Assembly (NCBI GenBank): GCA_041192805.1
Contig: JBEEMF010000057.1
Coordinates: 4,970-68,969, forward strand
Length of the DNA stretch: 64,000 nt
Reading direction: 5' to 3'
From: Bacteroidota bacterium
Lineage (GTDB): Bacteria > Bacteroidota > Bacteroidia > NS11-12g > UBA955
Shown: positions 50,434 to 59,657 of the stretch, piece after piece
Position numbering within the stretch: the first letter of the stretch is position 1
How the letters are laid out: every line of letters starts with the position of its first letter
Made by a program: the position numbers and the translations under genes
Notes under the pieces: model-generated
Told to the model about the DNA's origin: nothing
What the model saw: only the letters and a program-made list of their open reading frames with translations
Databases searched by the model: none

Positions 50434-51000
50434 TTACTGAGAAATGGGTTCGATACGATCTTTCATTCCTTCTAGCCAGTGTGCTTCGCATCGCGCTTCA
50501 TAGATATCGGTATGTCCAACCAAGAGTAGATCGTCGTTTCCGGGTTTGCGGAATGTGAAATTGGCATTGCCGTTACAAACATGACATTTTGCTTTGACAT
50601 CGATTTTTTGGGTGGCCAATTTTTTGAGCGACGCCATGGGTCCAAAATCACGTGCCATATAGTCTTTGTCGAGCCCGGCCGCCACCACCTTAATCTGATT
50701 CATCATCAATTCGCCGATCACTTCAATAATGAATGGTCCAAAAAATTGGACCTCGTCTATGTAGACTTCCTTGGTCATTTCATTGATTAACGGATAGATT
50801 TCTTCAGCTTTTGATATGCGATGGGCAAGCATTTGAATTCCGCTGTGGGTGTTGATAGTAGTGGCATTGTATCGTTTGTCGAGTAGGGGTTTTACAGCCA
50901 ATTTTTCCTCGGTAGAACACATGCTTTCGTTGTATAAACCAATCAACTGAGTGGTTTTCCCTGCAAACATGCAACCGTGGATAAGTGTAAATTCTCTCAT
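50434..51000 (-). CDS. tdk: thymidine kinase
   Basis: 188 aa with P-loop GCMFAGKTT and a C-terminal zinc ribbon (CHVCNGNANFTFR...CEAH). Confidence 0.9.
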   Translation of the reverse strand: MREFTLIHGCMFAGKTTQLIGLYNESMCSTEEKLAVKPLLDKRYNATTINTHSGIQMLAHRISKAEEIYPLINEMTKEVYIDEVQFFGPFIIEVIGELMMNQIKVVAAGLDKDYMARDFGPMASLKKLATQKIDVKAKCHVCNGNANFTFRKPGNDDLLLVGHTDIYEARCEAHWLEGMKDRIEPISQ

Positions 51001-51038
51001 GACAAAATTTCAAAGGCTGTTGTAACTTGCCGCTATCA

Positions 51039-51785
51039 ATGGAAGCAAATAAAACTCCCCTGTTAGAAGTGCTAAATAACTTAGCAAGTATACATCATGA
51101 AGTGCGAAACGACCAAACCCAATTGTTAGATATTGAGACGTTGGGAAAATTGAAATTATTGGCGGCTCAGTTGTACATGGAAGTGGATATTGAGTTGCTT
51201 TCGATGGAGTTTCCTGAGTTGCAAGAAACGGATTCTGAATTGACCTCCGATACTTCAAGTGATACAATTGTTGAGTCTACTTCGGACCTTTTAATTGATC
51301 TGTTTGTTCCTGAGGTTGAAATCGCAAATATCGAATTGCCTTTTGCGGAAATCGCAACAGAGGTCGATGTTATCGATGAAACTTTAGCCTCTCCGGAAGC
51401 TGTGATGGCAGAAATTGAGATTTTTGAGGAAATTGCCGCGGTTCAGGAAACTGTTGTTTTGGAGGTCGTTGAAGAAGTTCAAATCGCTTTGCCTGATCCA
51501 ATACCAGTGCCCGTTATTGAGCCTAACGATAGGGGTTCGAGTGCGCAAACTTTAGCCGGAATTATTGGTCAATTTCCGCTGAGTAGGAGGTTTGAATTCT
51601 CAAACATCCTTTTTGGGGGTGACATGGATAATATGGGTTTGTTCGTCCAAGAAATTATAGATGCGCCCAATGCGGCGGCGAGGGGGGATGTTTACGATCG
51701 TTGGTATGAACAAAAACAATGGCGTAGAAGGGATGAATCTGCGAGTGATATGTGGCGGATGATTAAGCGAATCTTTACCCAATAA
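51039..51785 (+). CDS. hypothetical highly acidic protein
   Basis: About 248 aa starting from ATG 51039. A central stretch of about 105 residues has no Lys or Arg and is rich in E, D, V, I and A. The C-terminal module is basic and aromatic (DRWYEQKQWRRRDE). Confidence 0.5.
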   Translation: MEANKTPLLEVLNNLASIHHEVRNDQTQLLDIETLGKLKLLAAQLYMEVDIELLSMEFPELQETDSELTSDTSSDTIVESTSDLLIDLFVPEVEIANIELPFAEIATEVDVIDETLASPEAVMAEIEIFEEIAAVQETVVLEVVEEVQIALPDPIPVPVIEPNDRGSSAQTLAGIIGQFPLSRRFEFSNILFGGDMDNMGLFVQEIIDAPNAAARGDVYDRWYEQKQWRRRDESASDMWRMIKRIFTQ

Positions 51786-51818
51786 GCCAATTGCATTCGG
51801 CGACTTTGGTGGTCAGCA

Positions 51819-53705
51819 ATGCAGAAGTTTATTCGATCCAATCCTTTTTTTATTCCCCTGTTGGGGTTATTTGCCGGCTATATATGGAACCGATTGGGGT
51901 TTTTTAATCCTCAATTGTCTGTTTTTGGAGCGCAATGCTATCCGCTATCGCTGATGGATCTGTGTCTTGGTGGACTACTTTACTTTTGGATGTATAAGCC
52001 CAAATACCGAAAGTGGAATCCTACCATTCGCATGATTTCTCTATTTTGGTTGCATTGTGGGGTGGCATTATGGTTATTCTCAGGGGTTAATTCAGTAGAT
52101 GCTTTGCCATGGGAATCTCAGAAAGTTAAGGGTTGGGCGTTAATTGAAGTCAGGGATAGTATACTGCCGACAAAAAAAGGTGCTGGAATCGTTTGTTGTG
52201 TCGGTTGGAAAGGTCAGAATGGTCGTGTTTACGATGCATCGCTGGCCTTGCGATGTATTTTGTATCGAAAAGATTCTTCAGAAACGATAAGTGTTCCGCA
52301 AGCGTTAAGAAAGTATTGGGTCCCTACGGATTTGATACATTCTTATTCGGAGCCTGAAGTTCCATTCGATCCCAATTGGCGCAGAATTATGCGAACGCTG
52401 GGCATTCATGGGCATGTGAGATGGGACGCGGATGTGATTTTGTTAGAGAATGAGCCTATCAGTGATTGGTTCGCGCCAGTGTATCGTTGTAAAAATCAGT
52501 TGTTGTCTTGGATTCGTAGAGTACTTTATTCTCAATTGAATGAGACTAATGCAGGTTTGACCTATGCGATGCTGGTGGGTGATAAATCCGGACTTGATGT
52601 TGTGATAGAAAAGCAATTTGGGATTGGTGGGTTATTGCATGTTCTGGCTGTGTCGGGGATGCATGTATCACTGATTATGGGGGCATTACTTTGGTTGGTC
52701 ACGGGGTTTGGATATCAGGGGCGGCCAACAATAAAAACCTTGTTTTTATTGTTGGCCGCCGGGTGGTTTTATGCCTTTTTAAGCGGTAGCTCCGCATCTG
52801 TAATTCGAGCAATGATTGGCGCTTCTTGGGTTTGGTTGGGGAAATTTGCAGTGCATCGCCGACAAAAACTGACGCATGTTTTGTGCGGTTCAGCCTATTT
52901 ACAATGGATTTCAGATCCCTATATCGTGGAGCAATTGGGGTTTCAACTCAGTTATTTGGCAGTGTTGGGTATAGCGACATTGCATTCTCGTTGGATGGAT
53001 CTTTATGAGCAGCCATCCTCAGTCCTGAATGCGGTGATTTCTAGCTTAAGCCTTACCCTTAGTGCAACGCTGTTTACTTTGCCCTTGATTTTATTTCAGT
53101 TTGGGGCCTTTCCGACATGGTTTTTATTAGGGAACTTGTTTTTATTGCCCCTATTTTCATTGATGGTTTATCTGTCTTTGATTTGCCTTTTGTTGGTTTG
53201 GGTACCCTTTTTATCCGATTTTCTTTTTGGATTCCTTGATCTGTTGATTCACTGGGTTTTGCAGTTGTTAGGGTTGTTCGAACGTCTCCCATTGCCACAG
53301 TTGCAAACGCTGCAGTTGGGATTTGGCTCCCTGATTTGTCTGATGGTTGTCGTTTTTTTTATTGATCGATATTTCATGACGCTCACCCAAATCGACAATC
53401 GCTCCGAAGCGGGGTTGAAGCGAAAGATGGGTGCTGCAATGATGGGAATTGGGTTTGGATTGATGTCGTTTTTGCTGGTTCATGAACTGGAAATTCAATC
53501 GAATTACAATCGTGCGGAATCCTTTGTCGTAAGTCATTATCAAGAATTGTTTACCATTGAAAAATTGGGCCAAACATTGGTCGTACAGGGCGAGATTTAT
53601 CATGAAAAAACGCAACGGCGAATCATGGAGAAACTAAAAAATTACATACATCAAATGGGAATTGAAAAAATAGAATGGAGGCATCGTGGTCGTGACTCGC
53701 TTTGA
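51819..53705 (+). CDS. comEC: ComEC/Rec2 family competence channel protein
   Basis: 628 aa, polytopic. The competence-domain motif LLHVLAVSGMHVS is present. There is no C-terminal metallo-beta-lactamase domain. Confidence 0.8.
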   Translation: MQKFIRSNPFFIPLLGLFAGYIWNRLGFFNPQLSVFGAQCYPLSLMDLCLGGLLYFWMYKPKYRKWNPTIRMISLFWLHCGVALWLFSGVNSVDALPWESQKVKGWALIEVRDSILPTKKGAGIVCCVGWKGQNGRVYDASLALRCILYRKDSSETISVPQALRKYWVPTDLIHSYSEPEVPFDPNWRRIMRTLGIHGHVRWDADVILLENEPISDWFAPVYRCKNQLLSWIRRVLYSQLNETNAGLTYAMLVGDKSGLDVVIEKQFGIGGLLHVLAVSGMHVSLIMGALLWLVTGFGYQGRPTIKTLFLLLAAGWFYAFLSGSSASVIRAMIGASWVWLGKFAVHRRQKLTHVLCGSAYLQWISDPYIVEQLGFQLSYLAVLGIATLHSRWMDLYEQPSSVLNAVISSLSLTLSATLFTLPLILFQFGAFPTWFLLGNLFLLPLFSLMVYLSLICLLLVWVPFLSDFLFGFLDLLIHWVLQLLGLFERLPLPQLQTLQLGFGSLICLMVVVFFIDRYFMTLTQIDNRSEAGLKRKMGAAMMGIGFGLMSFLLVHELEIQSNYNRAESFVVSHYQELFTIEKLGQTLVVQGEIYHEKTQRRIMEKLKNYIHQMGIEKIEWRHRGRDSL

Positions 53706-53757
53706 AGTGAATTGGGGCGCTCTAGAATCAAAAAGTGAGGATTCATTGCTTGTGATG

Positions 53758-53765
53758 TAACTTTG
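53758..53765 (+). promoter_or_regulatory. -7 box TAACTTTG, 4 nt before enoyl-CoA hydratase ATG 53770
   Basis: TAnnTTTG match. Spacer taaa, giving the same TTTGTAAAATG context as thiL. Confidence 0.5.
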
Positions 53766-53769
53766 TAAA

Positions 53770-54546
53770 ATGAGTTCATTATTGCTCACCCAAGTGGAAG
53801 GTCGTATTGCGACATTAATTCTCAATCGTCCGGAGAAGAGAAATGCCTTAAGTCCGGAATTGGTTTCGGAGATGACGGCCGCAATGGTCTCTGTAAACGC
53901 GAATGATGAGATAAGGGTTGTTGTGATTCGCTCGGCCGACAAGCCTTTTTGTGCTGGGGCCGATTTGTCGTATTTGGCAAAATTGCGCGATTTCTCTTTG
54001 GAAGAAAATGAAGCCGATTCTCAGTCGTTAAGAAGATTGTTCGATTTGATTTATTTATCGCCCAAGATTGTGATATCTCAGGTAGAAGGTCCTGCGCTGG
54101 CTGGTGGTTGTGGTTTGGCGACATTGGCTGATTTGTGCGTTGCGACCCCTGATGCCACATTTGGATATACGGAAGTGAAGATTGGTTTTATCCCAGCGTT
54201 GGTGATGGTGTATTTGCGTGAAAAAATTGGTGGCGGCATTTTGAGGGATTTGATGTTAACGGGCCGAGTGCTAAAGGCGGAAGAGGCGTTTAATTTGGGT
54301 CTGGTGCAGCGATTGGTTTCTTCTGATGCCATCGATAATGTTGTGAATCAGATGGCCAAGGAACTTTGCCAAAACACATCGCAGCAGGCTATTGCTTCGG
54401 TAAAGGGGATGTTGCAAACCATTCCGGGCATGACTCGCGATGAGGCTCTGGATTATGCCGCCAAACAAAATGCGGTTGCCCGAGGTAGTGTTGACTGTAG
54501 GAAAGGCATCGATGCGTTTTTGCAAAAGCAACCTTTGAAATGGTGA
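53770..54546 (+). CDS. enoyl-CoA hydratase/isomerase family protein
   Basis: 258 aa with crotonase motifs FCAGADL and GPALAGGCGLA. A TAACTTTG box lies 4 nt upstream of the ATG. Confidence 0.88.
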   Translation: MSSLLLTQVEGRIATLILNRPEKRNALSPELVSEMTAAMVSVNANDEIRVVVIRSADKPFCAGADLSYLAKLRDFSLEENEADSQSLRRLFDLIYLSPKIVISQVEGPALAGGCGLATLADLCVATPDATFGYTEVKIGFIPALVMVYLREKIGGGILRDLMLTGRVLKAEEAFNLGLVQRLVSSDAIDNVVNQMAKELCQNTSQQAIASVKGMLQTIPGMTRDEALDYAAKQNAVARGSVDCRKGIDAFLQKQPLKW

Positions 54547-54559
54547 TTGATTTAGAGAG

Positions 54560-55330
54560 ATGAGAATCGTAGATACCCACTGTCATTTGTACAGTAAAGA
54601 TTTTGATGAGGATCGAGCTGAGGTGATTGCTCGTTCCATTCGAATGGGCGTTGATAGGATATTACTGCCCAATGTGGATCTAGATACGGTGGATGGAATG
54701 CATGATTTGATGCGAGATTACCCGGAAGTTTGTTATGGAATGATTGGGTTGCATCCCTGCGATGTTGGAGAGGACTGGGATCGAGAATTGTCAGTGTTAT
54801 TAAACCTTGCCGATACGCATACATACTGCGCGGTAGGTGAAATTGGCATTGATTTGTATTGGGATAAAACAACCCAGGGCATTCAAGAGTTGGCATTTAT
54901 CCGCCAGGTAGAATTCGCATTGTCCAAAGGTTTGCCCATCGCAATTCATTCTCGAAATGCTACGCATCGTATCATAGAACTATTAAAGTCGTACAAAGGA
55001 AAAGGATTGCGTGGGGTGTTTCATTGCTTTTCGGAGAGTTACGAATTGGCGCAAGAAATAATCAAATTAGACGGTTTTTTGTTGGGGATTGGCGGTGTTT
55101 TGACATTTAAGAATTCAGGTTTGGGTGAGGTGCTCGCGAAGATTGATATGGAACATATTATTTTAGAAACGGACAGTCCGTATTTGTCGCCGATGCCACA
55201 TCGCGGGAAGCGAAACGAGCCGTCATATACTCGTCTCGTTGCGGAGAAATTGGCAGATGTAAAGGGTGTTTCATTGTTTGAAGTGGCGGAAGTAACCACT
55301 AAGAATGCGGAAAGGTTGTTTGGAATTTGA
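54560..55330 (+). CDS. TatD family metal-dependent hydrolase
   Basis: 256 aa with VDTHCHL, GEIGIDLYW and LETDSPYL motifs. Confidence 0.88.
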   Translation: MRIVDTHCHLYSKDFDEDRAEVIARSIRMGVDRILLPNVDLDTVDGMHDLMRDYPEVCYGMIGLHPCDVGEDWDRELSVLLNLADTHTYCAVGEIGIDLYWDKTTQGIQELAFIRQVEFALSKGLPIAIHSRNATHRIIELLKSYKGKGLRGVFHCFSESYELAQEIIKLDGFLLGIGGVLTFKNSGLGEVLAKIDMEHIILETDSPYLSPMPHRGKRNEPSYTRLVAEKLADVKGVSLFEVAEVTTKNAERLFGI

Positions 55331-55362
55331 ATCTTTTGTTGTTAGATAGATAATGAAAATCA

Positions 55363-56490
55363 TTGTCTGTAATAGATGTTTGGCGTAATTTTATAACTTC
55401 AAATCGTAACGCATTGGAAAAGAAAGAAACCGATACCACTAAGCTTCAGAAGCAAGTAAAAGTGCTGATTTGGAGCGTTTCTGTGATTTTGGTGGTTGTG
55501 ATAATGATTTCTGTTTTTTGGTTTGTTGGACAGGACATGGCGGCGGAAGATTTGGATCAAAGTAGTGGGTTGAATCAAGATTTGTATCAGGATAGTGCTG
55601 CGCCTGTTGACTTTCCGCCTTTGGATACCGCCTCGGATTTATGGACAGCCCAAGATTTGAGTTTGGTGCCCGGTGCTAAGAAAGATATGGTTGAATATGG
55701 TAGAGAATTGATTGCCAATACATCCCAATATTTGGGTCCAAAAGGAAGCGTTGCTCAAATTAGCAATGGGATGAATTGTCAAAACTGCCATTTGCAAGCT
55801 GGGAATCAACCCTATGGAATCAATTTTGGTTCTGTATGGAGTACCTATCCGAAATTTCGTCCTCACCGACCTCGCGGCGAAAGTTCGGAGGACTTATTTA
55901 TGAGAGTTTCGAGTTGTTTTGAGCGATCTTTGAATGGCACTTCGCCAGCAAAAGGGAGTAAAGAAATGCAGTCCATTCTGGCTTATATCAATTATGTGGG
56001 TGGTAATGTCCCCAAAGGTCAGAAGGCCAAAGGTTCAGGTATTTACGAGATGCCTTTATTGTCGAGGGCGGCTGACCCAGTTAGAGGGAAAATGATTTAT
56101 GCCAAAAAATGTGTTAGCTGTCATTTAGAAAATGGTGAAGGCCAGTTGGCTGCAGATGGGAAATCTTATCAGTATCCACCGCTTTGGGGTTCACATTCAT
56201 ATAATTCAGCGGCTGGTCTATTTCTATTGTCTAAATTTGCTGGCTATGTGAAAGCGAACATGCCTCAGGGTGCAACGTATAGGGGTCCACTATTGAGCGA
56301 CGAAGATTGTTGGGATTTGGCGGCTTATGTCAATTCGCAACCCCGTCCGTCCAAAGACCTAGGCAAAGAATCGCCCCTATTGGAAGAGAAATTATTTGAT
56401 TATCCATTTGGACCGTATGCCGATGGGTTTTCTGAAAAACAACATAAATACGGACCTTTTAAACCCATCAAAGAAAAAAGTAAACTATGA
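55363..56490 (+). CDS. dihaem c-type cytochrome, TsdA-like (putative thiosulfate dehydrogenase)
   Basis: Two CxxCH motifs (C139QNCH, C250VSCH). The Cys-containing SSC185FERSLNG segment lies between them, and PPLWG and NM300P motifs follow. There is an N-terminal transmembrane or signal anchor. The start is uncertain: TTG 55363 or TTG 55414. Confidence 0.7.
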   Translation: MSVIDVWRNFITSNRNALEKKETDTTKLQKQVKVLIWSVSVILVVVIMISVFWFVGQDMAAEDLDQSSGLNQDLYQDSAAPVDFPPLDTASDLWTAQDLSLVPGAKKDMVEYGRELIANTSQYLGPKGSVAQISNGMNCQNCHLQAGNQPYGINFGSVWSTYPKFRPHRPRGESSEDLFMRVSSCFERSLNGTSPAKGSKEMQSILAYINYVGGNVPKGQKAKGSGIYEMPLLSRAADPVRGKMIYAKKCVSCHLENGEGQLAADGKSYQYPPLWGSHSYNSAAGLFLLSKFAGYVKANMPQGATYRGPLLSDEDCWDLAAYVNSQPRPSKDLGKESPLLEEKLFDYPFGPYADGFSEKQHKYGPFKPIKEKSKL

Positions 56491-57902
56491 AAATAGAACA
56501 AATTTATACCGGTTGCTTGGCACAAGGTGCTTATTATATTCACAGTGGTGGAGAGGCGATTATTATTGATCCACTTCGCGAAGTACAGCCCTATCTAGAT
56601 CGTTTGGAAAAGGACGGCGTTGTATTGAAATACATTTTTGAGACGCACTTTCATGCGGATTTTGTAAGTGGTCATTTAGATTTGAGCAAGAAGACAGGCG
56701 CTCCCATCGTCTTTGGACCAACGGCATCGCCATCGTTTGAATGTTTGATAGCTGAAGACGGTCAAGTATTTGCCCTAGGTGATGTGAAAATTAAAGTGTT
56801 GCATACACCCGGACATACGATGGAAAGTACTTGTTACTTGTTGTTGGATGCGGATGGTACGCCTCACAGTTTGTTTAGTGGTGATACTCTGTTTCTTGGC
56901 GATGTTGGTCGCCCTGATTTGTCCCAAAAAGCAGCAACCATCACCCAAGAAGAATTGGCTGGAATGTTATATGATTCTTTGATGAACAAAATCATGCCTT
57001 TGCCAAATGAGGCGATGGTGTACCCTGCACATGGCGCGGGTAGTGCATGCGGTAAAAATATGATGAAGGAGACGATGGACTCTTTGGGGCATCAAAAAGA
57101 AATGAATTATGCGTTGAATCAGCCATCGAAAGAAGCTTTTATTGAAGCGGTATTGGATGGATTGTTGCCTCCGCCAGCGTATTTCCCTATGAATGTTGCA
57201 ATGAATAAAACGGGCTATGAGTCGGTGGATGTGGTGATGGGCAATGGGATGCGAAAATTAGAGGTAGATGCGTTTGAAGTGGCAGCGGAATCCATGGGTG
57301 CGGTGATTTTGGATACGCGCGCTCCTGGAGAATTTGCCAAGGGATTTGTACCTAGAAGTATCAATATTGGAATTGACGGTCAGTTTGCGCCATGGGTGGG
57401 TTCTGTGATTGGGGACGTGAAAACTCCGATTTTGTTAATTACTGCGCCCGGACGTGAAGAAGAAACTGCGATGCGATTGACGCGTGTTGGGTTTGATCAT
57501 TTGTTGGGGCATTTAAGTGGGGGTTTTGAAACTTGGGCAGCGTCTGGAAGAGAAGTGGATACGGTAAATCGTATTTCACCACAGACTTTTGAGGCAGAAT
57601 GGAATAAGGAAACCTATGTTTTGGATGTTCGAAAAGAGACGGAATATGCGGCGGAACATGTAGACGAAGCCTACAATAAGCCCTTGGATTGCATTAATAG
57701 CTGGTTCATGGAAATGGACGATTCAAAGCCATTTTACCTACATTGTGCTGGCGGTTACAGGAGTATGATTGCTGCTTCTATATTAAAATCTCGCGGGGTT
57801 CATAATTTCAAAGAAGTGGATGGCGGTTTTGCCGCCATTGCAAAAACTCAGTTACCTAAAACAGATTTTATGTGCCAGAGTAAATTGCAGAAATTGTCTT
57901 GA
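56487..57902 (+). CDS. CstB-like persulfide dioxygenase (MBL fold) fused to two rhodanese domains
   Basis: 471 aa. MBL motif ETHFHADFVSGH, a middle rhodanese domain lacking a Cys (ITAPGREEE), and a C-terminal rhodanese domain with active-site loop C420AGGYRS. It has an ATGA overlap with the cytochrome gene. Confidence 0.75.
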   Translation: MKIEQIYTGCLAQGAYYIHSGGEAIIIDPLREVQPYLDRLEKDGVVLKYIFETHFHADFVSGHLDLSKKTGAPIVFGPTASPSFECLIAEDGQVFALGDVKIKVLHTPGHTMESTCYLLLDADGTPHSLFSGDTLFLGDVGRPDLSQKAATITQEELAGMLYDSLMNKIMPLPNEAMVYPAHGAGSACGKNMMKETMDSLGHQKEMNYALNQPSKEAFIEAVLDGLLPPPAYFPMNVAMNKTGYESVDVVMGNGMRKLEVDAFEVAAESMGAVILDTRAPGEFAKGFVPRSINIGIDGQFAPWVGSVIGDVKTPILLITAPGREEETAMRLTRVGFDHLLGHLSGGFETWAASGREVDTVNRISPQTFEAEWNKETYVLDVRKETEYAAEHVDEAYNKPLDCINSWFMEMDDSKPFYLHCAGGYRSMIAASILKSRGVHNFKEVDGGFAAIAKTQLPKTDFMCQSKLQKLS

Positions 57903-57950
57903 TTTCCGCGACTTGGTTGTTGTGGCGCTATCAGAAACGCCGAATGATAA

Positions 57951-58730
57951 TTAGGGTTTATCAAACTCCCGTTTCACGATTCCCGTAAGGAATGGGAGTT
58001 TGAACCTGCTTGGTAATACCCATAAGATCAATTCGCTGATGGGATTGAATCGGTGAGGTCGCTTCTTCTGGAATAACTTATTCAAACTTTTGCGAGCCAC
58101 ATCCTGCGGTAATAATTGGGTGATTCTACCCAACCATCCCTGTTTTAAAATACGGTCTACAACTGCATCATTCGTTGGCATTGCCCCCGGATTGATTACA
58201 CTGAAAAATACATTTGAATCCTTGTATTCCGCACTCATTCCCTTGGTGAATGAATCTACAAACGCCTTTGATGCTGGGTATACCAATTTATAACCCACCG
58301 GATTAAAGGCGGCCAAACTAGATATGTTTAACACAAAACTCTGGGTTTGACTCGTGAGGTTGGGTATCAATTGTCGCGTGAGAACAGCGACTGCCATTAT
58401 ATTCAATTGCATGATCTTGTTGACCAAGTTCACCGGGGCGTCTCCGAATTTCATCGTACCACCAATCCCCGCGTTATTTATTAAAAGGAAAATGGAATAC
58501 ATTTCGTTAATTGATTTGGAAAATGAGATCACATCGTCGTAATCAGACAAATCCACTTCAAAAAAAACCGATGATGTTTTATATGTGCTAATGATTTCCT
58601 CATTTAATAAATGAATATCTTCACCTGGAAGGCTCACAAGAATGGTGTTGATACCTCTCGAGCCCAATTCAAGTGCGAAGGCTCTGCCAAGTCCTTTGCT
58701 TGCGCCTGTTACAATTGCGAATCTTTTCAT
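57951..58730 (-). CDS. SDR family oxidoreductase
   Basis: 259 aa with TGASKGLG and YPASK motifs. Confidence 0.85.
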   Translation of the reverse strand: MKRFAIVTGASKGLGRAFALELGSRGINTILVSLPGEDIHLLNEEIISTYKTSSVFFEVDLSDYDDVISFSKSINEMYSIFLLINNAGIGGTMKFGDAPVNLVNKIMQLNIMAVAVLTRQLIPNLTSQTQSFVLNISSLAAFNPVGYKLVYPASKAFVDSFTKGMSAEYKDSNVFFSVINPGAMPTNDAVVDRILKQGWLGRITQLLPQDVARKSLNKLFQKKRPHRFNPISELILWVLPSRFKLPFLTGIVKREFDKP

Positions 58731-58893
58731 TTACCTATTGCTCATCCAAGAAGCCAATCTCTTCCCCCGATTACACAGGCGAACACTGAGAAATTCCAAT
58801 GCACTTGAAATGCGACGCAAATTAACACTAGTAAATCTAATCAAGTTGCGATAATCCGTAATTTTAATATTCGGGATTTGCGATAATTAATAA

Positions 58894-59634
58894 TTACTTA
58901 AGCAGCGAGTATTTCCACAGTCCCCATCGATGTAGTCGGTATCGAATAGAGACCCCCAAACATCCCAATCCATAAATGGCGCTGTTCCGCAGATTGATCG
59001 AACTTGCTTCTTCAAAATACTTGGTTGGACAGCTTACTTCGCCAATCTTGAATCCAGCATCTACGCATTGTGCCATGATCTGATTGTCGAAAATAAAGTC
59101 GTCCGAATTCAAATCCCAACGAATGGACTCTAAAACGTCTCTCGAAAATGCGCGGTAACCCGTATGGTATTCAGAAAGTTTTTGGTTGATTAATATGTTT
59201 TGAATTAATGTAAGGATCCTGTTGGCTATGTATTTAACCATTGGCATTCCCCCCTCTAAAGCGCCTTTGCCCAAAATGCGAGATCCCAATACCACCGGGT
59301 AAATATCCGTGGCCACCAGATGAGCCATGGCGGGGATTAGCTTTGGAGTATACTGATAATCTGGATGTAGCATGATGATGATATCCGCCCCCAAATCCAA
59401 CGCCTTGCGATAACAGGTTTTTTGATTGCCCCCGTAGCCTAGGTTTTTCTCGTGTTGAATTAAATGTTTGATGCCTAAGCTCGCCCCAACCGACAAGGTA
59501 TCGTCGCCCCCCGCATCGTCTACCAATACAACCTCATCTACAATGTCGAACGGGATTTCACGATACGTTTGCTCCAACGTCAGCGCCGCATTGTACGCCG
59601 GAAGAACAACCACAACTTTTTTACCGTGAATCAT
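58894..59634 (-). CDS. family 2 glycosyltransferase (polyprenyl-phosphate sugar synthase-like)
   Basis: 246 aa with VVLPAYNA and DDAGGDDT (DxD) motifs. Confidence 0.8.
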   Translation of the reverse strand: MIHGKKVVVVLPAYNAALTLEQTYREIPFDIVDEVVLVDDAGGDDTLSVGASLGIKHLIQHEKNLGYGGNQKTCYRKALDLGADIIIMLHPDYQYTPKLIPAMAHLVATDIYPVVLGSRILGKGALEGGMPMVKYIANRILTLIQNILINQKLSEYHTGYRAFSRDVLESIRWDLNSDDFIFDNQIMAQCVDAGFKIGEVSCPTKYFEEASSINLRNSAIYGLGCLGVSIRYRLHRWGLWKYSLLK

Positions 59635-59657
59635 ACTACGAAAATAAGGGATTGCTA

